Shown here: in pieces, positions 23,875 through 35,648 of the stretch | How the letters are laid out: every line of letters begins with the position of its first letter | Position numbering within the stretch: position 1 is the stretch's first letter | Assembly (NCBI GenBank): GCA_905178155.1 | Contig: CAJINV010000021.1 | Location: 982,579-1,046,578, forward strand | DNA from: Amoebophrya sp. A120 | Taxonomy: Eukaryota > Protista > Dinoflagellata | Reading direction: 5' to 3' | DNA length: 64,000 bases | Notes under the pieces: model-generated | What the model was told of the DNA's origin: nothing | Database searches by the model: none | What the model saw: the letters and a program-made list of their open reading frames with translations, nothing else | Program-made: the position numbers and the translations under genes

Positions 23875-24375
23875 TCATACCCAATCTCGGTCGCACTCGT
23901 CCCGTTCGAGAACATCAAGCTCGTCTTCTGGGCCGTGGTCGCAGCTGCTACTTTTCGAATGTTTCCGACTCCTTTTGTAGTTCTTCATCTCATAGTCATC
24001 ATCTACTTCATGATGCCTATAATTTTCATCTCGCCGTCCCCGTCGGTGCTTGTGGTTGTGGGGGTGTTTGTCTTTGCTCTCTCTGCCTTTCGACATCCCG
24101 ACACCAGCACCTCCAAACTGATCATCCCGCCCGGCTGCTTCTCCCCTCCAGGAGCTAACCTCGCGAAGTTCTTCCGGTGTTAGAAACGGCTGGACCAGGC
24201 CGGGAAAGGTTAACAAAGCCGCCGCGACGCAGTGCAAGAAGCCGAGGTCGATCGCGCGACGGAGTTCGTCGTACACTTGCTGCGACACAGGGCCAAACTC
24301 GTCGCTCCTCCGGGCCGCTTTTTCGTCCGAATTCTGGCTCGGGGTTTTTGCGCCGAACCCGAGGCAGTCAAACAT
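23875..24375 (-). CDS. Coding segment, possibly the first exon of the downstream Sec6-like gene
   Basis: ORF MFDCLGFGAK...YDELRRAIDLGFLHCVAAALLTFPGLV...; link to downstream exons not established. Confidence 0.45.
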   Translation of the reverse strand: MFDCLGFGAKTPSQNSDEKAARRSDEFGPVSQQVYDELRRAIDLGFLHCVAAALLTFPGLVQPFLTPEELREVSSWRGEAAGRDDQFGGAGVGMSKGRESKDKHPHNHKHRRGRRDENYRHHEVDDDYEMKNYKRSRKHSKSSSCDHGPEDELDVLERDECDRDWV

Positions 24376-24643
24376 GCCGGCCGGGGAAGGAAGCCTGAAA
24401 GTAGAGCGGAAAATTTTGAAAAAGAAAATCTTATGCCTCTGAGGTGGACCCACACACGTCGACCACGGCGTCGGCGCTTGTTGTGCGACAAGCCTACATT
24501 CTTACGTTTCATCACACACCAGATGAAGAGCAGGTGATCTTCACCTATGAAGATCTCATTCTACGAACCAAACGAAATTCAATCTGAGAAACTTGGTGTG
24601 GAGAATAAACTACGTCGTACGACAATCATCCGCTTTATTTGAC

Positions 24644-26860
24644 TTACTGGATCCAATCCATCAATCCGGTCGACTCCCGCGACTCGCGACGGGTCAAGTC
24701 TTCTTCATTTTCGTTTTTCTATCGAATGCAAAAATGTCTGGGTCTGGAAGGTTGTAACTTGTGATGCTATTTGTGGACTCTACAAAAATCTGTGTTGCAG
24801 GAGCAGCAACAGGAGTCTAGTTTTTGCTACGCGGTGGACGGGGAATTTCTCATGCGGTATAGGCATGAGGAAGCCCTCGCAAAATCTCTGATGCTAGAGC
24901 ACACATCACAGACATAAGTAAATGGGTCTTCCAAAATCTGCATGACAAACTCCTACACTCATCCAGTCTCAGACATTTTTCCATTTGATATTGTGATCTT
25001 CATCACCTCCATGTGCCGCCTCCCCGCCAAATTTTCCGCTTTGTGCCATTCCTGCTGCATATGCAAGTGCACAACTCCCCCTCCCCCTCATTTGTATTGC
25101 GTGAACAGCAATACAAACACCAGCATACGTGGAGTTTGTCTATGACAAATTCATGCGCCTAGTGTAGTACTGTTTGGGCTCCTTCCGGAATCTGTCATGC
25201 ATAATAGTGACGCAAAGAAGCAATTGGATTTGGGATTTTGCATGAGAAATGAGGCCGAGGGGGAGTTGTGCACTCTCATACTGCAGCCCTGCCGCCACCT
25301 CCTCGACGGTGAGGGCCGACAGTATGGAGTTCTCAGACGTTACATTCTCAACTGCTACGTGATTTGTCATGCAAAATGACCGTGAGCCGCAAGACGATCA
25401 AGCTGCTTCGCGTGACAAATTATCGAAGGGCTAAACAGCATCTAAATCCGTACTAAATTTGTGATGCAAGACTTGCAAGCTTGCCCCTTTCCCTATTACT
25501 GTTTTGGCATGCCAAATTCATGTGACAGCTGAGAATGTAGCAATTGAGAACGCCATAGACAGCACCCCGCCGGGCTCCGCGGAAGATTGCAGCATGGTGA
25601 GGGTGGACTCCGTGGGCTGCAAAACCAGGTTGCTAAACGTGTCCTTGACGCCAAAAACGTGCTCCTGCCCGGTTTCGTCGATGTGCGAGTGGCCGGCTAC
25701 AGTATTACTGGTACAACCAGCCGCTCCTAATCCAAAGGGCTCTCCGCCCTCCGCAAGAATGGCGCGCCACTGCTTCAGCCCCTTGTGCCGCGAGGAGAAA
25801 GAAAAAACATGCGGGCCGAGACCGATGTCCATGTTGCTTAGCCGACTCTGCTCGTCGGACCGCGACTTGTTAGGGGTTTTTGATTTTTGTTTTGAATATT
25901 ACTAAAATTTATTTTCCGATCTTCTTCTGGTTTGTTCCGAAAGAAACAAATGGAATTTACAAAAGTGCACATGATGACGAAGACATCAATTATGACTGTG
26001 CACATCACAGACTTATGGTAAAAACAAATGGTAATGAATCGCGTTCCCGACAATGATCTATCTATGCGATACTCAACGTCAATTTGTAAGGAGTACCAGG
26101 TTTTTCATTTCCACGATAGACAGCGTCCGCTTTTCGTAGGTGACCGCAGCGTATGCATTGCAAATATGTCTGGGTCTGGAAAGGTGGAACCTGTAATGCG
26201 TGTCTTGCATTCCTGGAAAATCTGTGTTGCGTGAGGAGCAAATGGACAGCTTTTCTTGTCATGCAAAAACGCAATTTGCAATGCGTACCAGGTATCAGAA
26301 AGCTTCCCCAAAGCTTGTCATGCTTGGCCGCCATTGCAAGCGTTGCAATCGTGCGCGATTCAGCATCACAGGTTTCCAGACCCAGACATATTTGCAGTTG
26401 ATACAGCGCCAACAAGGGCAATAGCCGTCATCTTCGGGACGCCGCTGTTCGTCGTGGCGGCCGTAGAAGACGAAGAGCTGGATATGCTGCGCAAAAGTAT
26501 CGACGCACCCGTAGTAATGGCAATCCTGCTGCATGACAGCTTTATCTTTCTACGCTACCCAGCGTTACAAATTTCATTCTTCCCGCTGAGGACTACATTT
26601 GTGATGCGATTTCTACTGGTACGAGCGTTGTCCTTTTGATTTTGCAATGCATACTGGAGGATGAGCCACCATTCATTCCTGCTGCCGCGCCGCTGCGCAA
26701 CACGAAGAGAAATTCCGCTTCCGAGCGAAAGCACGGCCAGCGGCACTCGATTTCGCGACAGAGGTGCTGTGGAATGCGGATTAGGTATTCCACCAGCTGC
26801 TGCTCCCCACCATTGCCAGGCGTGACGCAACCAATGTAAACGGCGTTGGAAGCGTACCTG
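24644..26860 (-). CDS. Hypothetical protein (3' exons; 5' exons unresolved) with 5 introner introns
   Basis: In-frame joins ...GGVLS|ALTVEEVAAGLQ|QEWHKAENL...KIT|NENEEDLTRR...DWIQ* and ...GGSSSS|SSSTAATT...VGA|AVTYEKR. Confidence 0.6.
24720..24990. mobile_element. Introner element, family A
   Basis: Family A TIRs; TSD degenerate (TTTTC/TTGTG). Confidence 0.85.
25060..25280. mobile_element. Introner element, family H
   Basis: TIR TATGCAAGTGCACAACTCCCCCTC; TSD CTGCA. Confidence 0.93.
25323..25557. mobile_element. Introner element, family D
   Basis: Family D TIRs; TSD GACAG. Confidence 0.93.
26152..26403. mobile_element. Introner element, family A
   Basis: Family A TIRs; TSD CAGCG. Confidence 0.94.
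26483..26653. mobile_element. Introner element, family E (degenerate)
   Basis: TATGCTGCGCAAAAGTATCG...TTTTGCAATGCATA; TSD CTGGA. Confidence 0.8.
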
Positions 26861-26919
26861 TGTTGGCGATATACGAAGCTCTCCAATATGAAAATGTTCT
26901 ATTACAAGCACACGACATA

Positions 26920-27180
26920 TACTACAAGCACCATACCATGTGGATTAAGATTATGCACGATGGTATGATCAACATTTGCAGATGATGCTTCGTAAAACGC
27001 AATGATGCCATGCTGTATGACATTATCCGCGATGGTATGATGCACACGCGTAGATAGCGCTTCATGACGCGCAATGACGCCCTGCTGTTCAACATTACTC
27101 ACGATGTTATTGTCGACCTTCTCGGCTACAACTTCATGACACGACGCTATGATGCGCTCGTGCTCATCAATGACACTAGT
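26920..27180. repeat. Degenerate ~72-bp tandem repeat, about 3.5 copies
   Basis: Recurring CGATGGTATGAT...CTTC(G/A)T..CGCAATGA; 24-aa periodicity in ORF 26902-27192. Confidence 0.6.
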
Positions 27181-28994
27181 AGTCATGATCATAGCGCAAA
27201 CTGCAGCTTCACAATTTGTTCGTCGTTATACACCAAACGCAGACGCACAATCCTGTTTTTCATGATACACTTACACACTGACTGCATCATTCAACATTGG
27301 ATCTGCAAAAAATCATCAATACCGTTCATCCAAACTGAGGAAAGTGCAAAACTTTTGACATTCCTCCGCCGTTGCCAACGGAACGGACACCGTGGTCTGC
27401 AAAAACTGCAGGAGCGCCGGGGAGGTACAATAGCTGCTCGCCATCTCGACGTGGTCGTGTTTGTTTCTGTACTTCAAGATGTTTGATGGTACGAGATTAT
27501 GCGGGGCGGGTAATTTCTCTGCACCTTTCCCGTTTATTCGTCGGTTACAACAGCGACGCCTCGTGAAAATAAATCTCAGTTCACGACGCCCCCGCTTGAT
27601 ATTGATATCTTGTTCATCGGCCTGCTCGCCGGAGAATAGACTTGAAGTATCTATCTATTGCGGCTCGCTCAACCGCTTCTGCTTATGGGGTGCCCTCGCG
27701 AAATCCCAACGAAGTCTTTATCGCACCGTCCGCAGGAGGTACTAGTTTCTGATCACCTCCGAGCGGACGGCTGCTCCTCTGTCGAACAAACAACGGTTCC
27801 GGTTGACGTTCTTGCCGGGAAATAAATGCTCTCCGTCCGTCAGCGGTTCTTGTTTTCAGTTTCCGAGGAAAACTGATCCAATATATTATATGTCGGAGAA
27901 GAGCTCTTACCCGATGAAAAACCTCAAGTCGGAGCAAGTCGACCGCAGGCAGCGAAAAAATCGTTCCATCAAGAACTTAGCTGGCCCACGACCAGCAGCT
28001 ACCAAGCAAGATGAAGATGATGAACGAGTAAACTATAAAATCATCGTGAAGGGAGTTGTACACCTAGACTAGGACCACTCCGCGCGACGAGGCCTTGCCG
28101 TAGTCCCACCTCGCTGCTGGGTCCTCGTCTTTCTCCTGTGCTGCCGGCTTCGTGGTCGTGCTCTGTGAAAAGCATGGACGAAAAGAACATTTTTGGTACA
28201 AAAGTAGAACCCATGTTTGTTGTGTTTCATCAACGTGAAGTGCTGGGTATCTTGGTTGTAATAAATATTGATCTCAAGAAGAACAAGAACTCCAAATAAG
28301 ATTGTTTATAGAGTAGGTACGCTCTCGTGGTGATTCGAAAAAAGATCTTTCTTTGGATCAGTCGACATTCGTGTGCTAGAAACAAAGTGCGTGAGGAGAA
28401 TTGATGAGAGCAAGTTGTTCAAGATTAGAAAAAGATTTGACCAACGAGGACACCGGCACGAGGAGGTACTTATTGCGTCCGGGAACAAGCGGACATAGTG
28501 GTAAGTACTTCTTGTTTCCGCCGGCAACACTTTCAAGGAGCTGTTGATATCCTGACATGAGAATAACCTCCCGGCGGCAGTGACGTGAAGAACCCTACAA
28601 AGGCACATGTTGCAGGAGCCATCGATGCCGGTAATTCAACATCGAAGACAACTACAGCTACCCTCCCTTCTTCCAAGAGTAGCACCCAGCAAGAGCAGCC
28701 TCGGCTATCCATCGATAGGGAGAAAGACCTTCTTGCATTTGCGCAGCTAGCGATGGACACATAAGACTTGCAGAGTTCATCATCATTCTCCGTTCTTGAT
28801 GTTCAGCATCTGTAGTCGCACGGCAACTACATCAGTCTCCGTCGATTTCACTTCGTAGTGGCTTCAAACAACTGGAGAAGAACAAATCACAGAAGCACGC
28901 CTTTTTGCAAGAAATATCCGCACCATCCTCTTCCCATCCCGCTTTTTTATTTCAAGTTCAACTTCAATCAAAGTCATGTGATTCCAGAATTAAT

Positions 28995-31900
28995 TCACTG
29001 ATACAAGACCTCCGGCTCCTCGTGCTCATCTTCTGCATCGTCGCGATAGATGCCTTGTTGTGCCCCTCGCTCGTAGTTTCTTGCACTCTCACTACTCCCG
29101 GCACCACGACCCCCGTCTGTTCTGGTTTGCGATTCTTTACTTCTCCCCGTGGAATTCGAATCCGTCTCCATTTGTGGTCCCTGGATTCCCTTCTCTAGAT
29201 TCTCGTGGTACTGTTCCAGCAATTTTCGGTACAGCTTGTGGCTATTGAACTCACCGTCATCTTCGCTGGATGGCTCTTTTTCCTGTCCTCCTTCATCTTC
29301 TTCACATGGTCTATTCGTTGTAGCCTCCCCGTCCACCTCTACCAGCTCCTGCTCCTCCTCGTCGTGTTCATGATCTGCAAGAGCCTCTACATCTATGAGA
29401 TTGCACAACTCCCCCTCTTCCTCGTTTGTCATGCAAAATACCTAACTCCAGCTTTGCCTCTTGGTACTGTTTGCATGGCAAGTTCTGGCAGTCCAATTAG
29501 CACTACACTCCTGGTGTGTCATGCGAAACCTGTATTCTTGCTGACGCTTGTATTGCTGTTCATGCAATACAAATGAGGGGGAGGGGGAGTTGTGCACTCT
29601 CATAACATCGTCCCCGACTCGGCAGTCCTCGTCCGTTGGTACGAGGGACAGCATATGCATTGCAAACATGTCTGGCTGTCTGGAAAGTTGTAATGCCAAA
29701 AGACAAAGATATGCGCACTGCAATACACAGCCAAGCATTATAAATTTTTTGGGCTTCTATGTGATCCGTGTTGCGCATTGAAGGCTGCGTTTTTGCATGA
29801 GAGGCAAGAGCCTCTTGTCCTGCCCTCGTATCAGAGAATTTAGATACATGCCCATGCGAGAACAAAAGCATGAGAAAAAACTTGCAATCTTCCAGACCCA
29901 GACATATTTGATGCAGTTGATACAGCAGCCCGGCCAAAAAATTCCGGGTCCGACAAATCCCGGTTTCGCCGTCGCCGTCTTCCCCCCGGCAAAACGGTGT
30001 CTCCAACACCTTCCCGGCGTAGACCACCCGCGCAAACCCGTCGTGGGTATATGCATTGCAAATATGTCTGGGTCTGGATACTTGTAATGCAAGGAAGGGA
30101 AGAGGTGAGCACTCTCCAAGCATTTGACAAGTTTTTCCGTGGTGCTGAGTTGCGTACTCCGCATGATGACAAACAGCGCTTTCGCATGACAGGCAAGAGC
30201 AGCTCTTTGCGACCACGCAACACAGTGTCCAGACGAGTCATCCCAGGATAGAATGACAAACCTCGCATCAATCTCCCAGACCCAGACATTATATTTGCAA
30301 TGCATAGGGTAAACTCGAAGTTGATGTAACTGGCGAACGGCGGCCACACCCAGTCAAACGTCAACTTCGCCTGCAGGGCCCCGAGCATCGGCGCCAGCGG
30401 GCCCGTGTCGTGGCCTGAGTAGAGAAAGAAGTTTTTGCTTTTTTGGTTCTGTATGTCGTCCAATACCTGCTTGATCAGCGGCCCGACGCGCTGTTTCGGA
30501 AACCGCTCGTTGGGGCCGAAGTAGATCGGAAGGTAGGAAAACGCCTTCCCGAGCGTCTGTTCCGTCAGCGGGACCTCCCCACCTTTCGCAATGCCGACGG
30601 TGGGGCAAAGGTGCGAAAAAACGCAGTCGCCGAGCTGTGTTTTTTATAAATTTTATTGCAGGGAATAAAGGGGGTTGTACTATAAATTGTGCTGCCGAGG
30701 AGGAGAACGAGAAACGACGAGCCGGAAGTAAACCACAAGTTCTTCACGAAGGGTCAATCTGCTTACACACAGCACCTAAAACCGTGGAAAATAATCGCAA
30801 ATTAAAGTTCATCGTCGCACAAAATTTATACCGAAAATAAGCTGTAATTGTGATCCAGGCCCAGCGGGCGCCCCTGCACTGTTGTGCTGTTTAGCTCCTT
30901 TACCAGCTCGTCGCGCACATCTGCGTCCCACTTCTGCTGCGCCTCCTTCTGCTTATCCCACGAAAAAAGTGTACACAGTTACACATTTGTAGTGAATTCA
31001 GCAACACAAATTTCTTCGCATGAGAGAGAAAACTTGTAATGCAGAAATCCTACGGGAAAACACCTATGAAACGAGGCTCCTATGCATATCCGGCATGACA
31101 GAGCTTGTCTGTTTTGCTTGGCCTGCAACGCAATGTGTAACTGTAGCACTTTTTTCTTGCGATACTGCTCGGGCTGTTCCCAGTACGCGGCGTCGAGCTC
31201 CGCCATTTTCGGGCAGAACCGGGAATTCGGTTGGATCGTGCTGTATATGCATTGCAAAAGTATTGTATCGCACTAGTATAAATTGCATGACAAATTTTGG
31301 CAAGAAGGAAAGGGGAATTTGTAATGCTGTTTGCCTTAGGAGAAATATTTGCCATGCATATTTGCAAAGAGCAGTACGAGTACGATGCTTTTGCACAGGA
31401 TACTGTAAAACGGATCGTCCGTCTCGACTTCGAACTTGGAGTGCTTGATCCCCATGTTCTCCAGCAACCGTGCGGCCAGCGTTTCCGCGCTGCGCATGGT
31501 TCGCAGCGACGCGTCGATGTCGGATCGGAGGTACCAGGCCTTGGCGCCCCCGGCCTCCTTTTCGCGTTCGCACTTCTGCGCCAGCGTCTGTGCTTTTTTG
31601 GCCTTCCTCGTTTGCTGTCGACCTACTTTATTTCTCGCAGGCCGCTCTGCTTGTTCATCATCTGCATCGTCGCTATCAGCCTGATTCTGAAAGTTTCGAC
31701 TGTCCTCTTCTTCGCCCCCTTCGAACGCTTCCTTCATCTTGGCCCAGATGGTTGGGAGCAAACCGGAGTCCTCCTCGAGTTGCTTGCAGGCGGAGCGTTT
31801 GAAAACTTTCGGATAGGCCTCGAAAAACCGGTCGGCGTTGTTGCGGTGCATGGCGTATCCGTCCGGCGTCATCTCGCCCAACCCGCAGGTCCCCTGCCAG

Positions 31901-33104
31901 TTGTTGGGCACCGTGTTCCCGCGGTGCGCTTCCACCGCTTCGTTCTTCGTCGCGGGAAAAAAAACCGGGGGCTGGTGCAGCTGGTTATTTTCCTTCGGTG
32001 TGTCGCATTCGTACTGCACCTGATCGTTTTCCCAGCACCGCCCGTTTTTGGAGTGCTGGTCGCCGGAGCACATGATCCGCGCGCCGTGCCGGATGAAGCT
32101 GACCACTTTCGTCACCTTTTTCGTGATATGGATTGTAAAAATGTCTGGGTCTGGAAGGTTGGGACTTGTAATGCTAGCTTTCCATACCTAGAAAATCTGC
32201 ATTGCATAACCAACAAAAGTCGCAGTCTCTTTTGTCATGCAAAAACGCAGTTTCTCATGCGGATTGCCTATGAGAAAGCGTTCGGAAGTGTTTTCATCAT
32301 GCACATTTTAGCATCACAAGTTTCCAGACCCAGACATTTTTGCATTTCATACGTGAACTCTGCATCCGGGATCGCGCCCCAGTCCTTCTCCTCGTTGCAA
32401 TAGTTGTGCAACAGCTTCTGGTATGGATTGCAAAAGTGTCTGGGTCTGGAAGGTCGGAACTTGTGATGCTAACTTTGGACTCTAAAAAATTTTGTATTGC
32501 ATGACCAGCAAGAGGAGTCCGGTTTGTGCTACGCGTGGAGGGTATTCGTCATGCGGAATAGGCATCAGGAAGGCCTCTAAAAATCTGTGATGCTAGGGCT
32601 TCCATGACAGACATTCTGTGTCATGCAAAAACAGCATAACAAATTTCGGATTCTTCATCCAGATCCAGATATTTTTACATTTGATATCTGGAACTGGTGC
32701 GAGGGGGCGGTTGGACGGTCAATTTCAACGTCATCTTGCTCCTCGTCCTCTTCGGAAAGGATCGGCTCACGGCTAGCGGTGGATGGGGAAGGGGACTTGG
32801 TCTTGGTCGAGCTCGTCGTTGAAGCTGATGCAGCGTCGGCCGGTGGGCTCGTCGTGGACGATGGCGCTGCGCTGCCACTGCTCGCGGAAAGGTAAAGTAA
32901 CGCGGTTTGCAGTGCATGTGCGGTTTTAATTTTCCTTCTCGCGGGAGCACGCCTGTTGTCGGAGGCGTAAATAACGCGCGCCTGGCAAATGTTGAGATCA
33001 TTGCAACGAGTACGGCCTCTGCTTCTGCTTCTGGATGAAGAAGCGGTCGTCGAGCAAAACGAAAAACCGCTGGAGGAAGACGACATGACCGCGTGTACAG
33101 GCAA
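28995..33104 (-). CDS. Histidine acid phosphatase (branch 2) with an acidic C-terminus; 8 element-derived introns; start uncertain
   Basis: RHGAR motif, LGEMT..G, RS....RTMRSA and catalytic YSGHDT...WPPFAS; exons join after element removal (FQ|KLLHNYC...EFT|KKVTKVVSFIRHGAR; EFT|HDGFARVVYAGK); the junction at 30638-30839 is unresolved. Confidence 0.85.
29394..29604. mobile_element. Introner element, family H
   Basis: Family H TIRs; TSD ACATC. Confidence 0.93.
29654..29922. mobile_element. Introner element, family A
   Basis: Family A TIRs; TSD CAGCA. Confidence 0.9.
30050..30306. mobile_element. Introner element, family A
   Basis: Family A TIRs; TSD GGGTA. Confidence 0.92.
30638..30839. mobile_element. 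Old, degenerate element-derived intron
   Basis: Residual inverted TATAAATTTT; flanks AGCTG; simple removal with one TSD copy does not give the phosphatase frame, so the exact junction is unclear. Confidence 0.55.
30954..31164. mobile_element. Introner element, family I
   Basis: TATCCCACGAAAAAAGTGTACACAGTTACACATT / AATGTGTAACTGTAGCACTTTTTTCTTGCGATA; TSD CTGCT. Confidence 0.9.
31246..31402. mobile_element. Introner element, family E
   Basis: Family E TIRs; TSD CTGTA. Confidence 0.87.
32127..32351. mobile_element. Introner element, family A
   Basis: Family A TIRs; TSD CGTGA. Confidence 0.94.
32422..32686. mobile_element. Introner element, family A
   Basis: Family A TIRs; TSD TCTGG. Confidence 0.92.
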
Positions 33105-35648
33105 GGAAGAGAAGATGTGTTTCTTTCTTGCTGTTCTTTCTTGCTGTCAGTAGTACTACCCTAGAAGCAAACTCACTGTCATTGCGCACACAGAATCTTC
33201 TCCACTTGAGCAGGTTATCGTTCTTGCTTAAACCGATAGTTTCCCACCTTTCCAACCAGCAACCACTTCAAGGCAAGAAAGAATGAGACAATTTACGACA
33301 ACATCAGGGTCGTTCCTCCAGCAGAGAACTCGTTTTCTACTTCGTGCTCGTCGAGGTCGAAATAGAAGGAGATATAAGTAAAGAGGACAGACAGATGACA
33401 AATGCCGTTGCATTTCCGAGAAGATGAACACACGCACAGTCTAATCTAATTATAGACACTCACAATTATCTGGAGCGGCGAGCTAGAAGAACGAAAATCC
33501 TTGCTCGCGGTGCCATGGGCGAGCGACGCCCCCAAGATTAGCAGATCACGCATGCATCTGGTGCAATTCAACAGCCTATCAATTTGATCACACCAGCGCG
33601 ACGCCCACGCAGGACTTGCCGACGCACATCCTTCCATAGAACCAAGCGGCGGCCCAGAAGCCGGGGCTGAGCCGCGCTCGCGGCCCGCCGGGCGGGGTAT
33701 CGAACCGGGCGCGCGAAACAATCAAGCCGCAAAGGATGCGCTGTCGCGGCGCGGCGCGCGCGCGCGCAAGCTCGAATGCAAGAAGGGGCGGGGCGAAGAC
33801 GCCACGCACAGCACCAGCGCCCGGCGCCGGCATGGCTGCAACCGTCGCAACACACACCAAGGCCATGCAAGACCGAAAACGGGCGCACCGGTGCCGGCTC
33901 AAGCAGGAAGGCGGGCAGGATCATCACGCCCCACCCTCGCGCCCTCTGCCGCGCCGCCTGCGGCGCCGGGGCAGAAATGGAAGGCGGCAAGCGCCCGGGG
34001 GCGAAGGCGCAAGCTACGCGGCTGGGCACCGGGCGCCAAGATCGCGAGCGCTGCGCGCTTTCTCCGCTTTGTTCGAGATTTTTCTTGGGTGGCTTTCCGG
34101 CGCCACGTGTGCGGCCGCGCACCATCTGCGGGCCGTAGTGCGAAGCCTGCGGCCCGCATGCCACACACGCCCGCCGGGGCCTGTTCCCGCCTGCGTGCGC
34201 GCGATAGATGGATGCGCGATCACGAAGTGCAAGAGGAATGCTCTGTGGCGCACGCAAAAAGATCCGGAGGCCACGACCGAGGCTCGCAAGAGACGCTATC
34301 GGCTGCCGCTGCTGCTGCTGCGCAGCTGCGGCTCCAGATGCTCCCCCATCATGTCCTCGGCAGCTTTCCATTTTGTCATTGTCATTGAGGAAAACCACAC
34401 AAAATTAGAATTATAGGACGGAGGCACGACAAGATTAAGCCTAAGCGGCACAGCTAGAAGTAAACAAGTAAGAACTGCTCCTTAGATAATAAGTAACTAC
34501 GTATACTTCTCTCGCATGCTCGCCGCAATAAAACTCCGCACTCGTTGTGGTAAAGCTAGCGGTATCTGTAACTGTATCAGCCACAAAACCCTCTCGCGCA
34601 TCTCTCTGCGCACTGCAGCTGCGTGATCTCCTACGGAACAATAACGTACGCAGCAGATGAAAAATGCTCGGCGCTCCGTCAGCGCCAGCAGTCGAGTGGC
34701 CCTTCTATTCGGAAACTCGCGCTGTTTTTTGATTCTCCGTAGTTTACAGTTACAATTTGTTTGTTCGGTTTTCTTTGCCAGTTTTGTTCAACCAGCCGTG
34801 TCTGAAAATTATCACAACTCTCGTTCAGAGGACATTACACTGTGCAACTAAGATTTTGATATTGTAAAATTTGAATCATAAGGACACTAAAATTGTCAGT
34901 ACGACTAGCCTGCTACCACCAGCCTAATAATAGCTCAAGTCTGGAAGATTTTGTTCCATACTAAACTTTGTCATATCGGTACTTTATCAGTTCTGTGTCG
35001 GTTGTTGAGTCCTAACGGCAAGGAGGCGCAGTCCCTGCAAGTCACACTCGTACTCGACTGCGCGCTAGTACGCTCAGAACCCCTACAAGACATGCAGGTC
35101 GCTCTGGTTCGACATATTTGATAGAATTCGGACAATACTGTCGTCTGTGTCTGTGAATCTGTAAAATGAAAACATTGCATTAGTCATATTGTCTGAAGAT
35201 GATCTTCGCTAAACTTTTGCTTCTATTGGTCAAAACTACTGGCTCTGTCTAGCCTGCTGCTCCTGAATCATACAGCAATCTTTTCGACTGTTTTCTTTTC
35301 CGTATTGAGTCTTGTTCATCTTTTCCTCTTGTTTTTCTCTGGCAATATTCATCTTCTCGATAGGTTAATTTGGCAATATTTCTGTTAGTTTTCAAGGTCA
35401 AAGTCAATCTGTGAAGTCAAAGTGAAAACGGTTTGATAGTATTCTCCTGTCTGATGTTCCTGTATTGCTATCCATAATGTTCATGCTCCGCCTGCCGATT
35501 CTAGGTCTTTTTTCGTACGAGTTTCTGCTTTTTTGTTTTTGATAGCTTGTATTTGGAGATGGAGGTGCAGAAATCTCCTGCGTGATAAGAATTCAGAAAA
35601 TTTTTGATTTTAGTTCTACTATCCACGACAAATTCTAAAGCGCTCCGC

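Noticed and set aside
4060-24000. General stop-codon reassignment (reported for one Amoebophrya isolate), suggested by scattered TGAs near 4100-4250 and 22300-23880
   Set aside because: Conserved genes here (kinase, DNAI1, TANGO2, phosphatase) need no stop readthrough and use TGG for Trp; those regions are more likely introns or decayed sequence
31297-32403. 368-aa plus-strand ORF and similar antisense ORFs
   Set aside because: Antisense shadow of the phosphatase exon, running through elements
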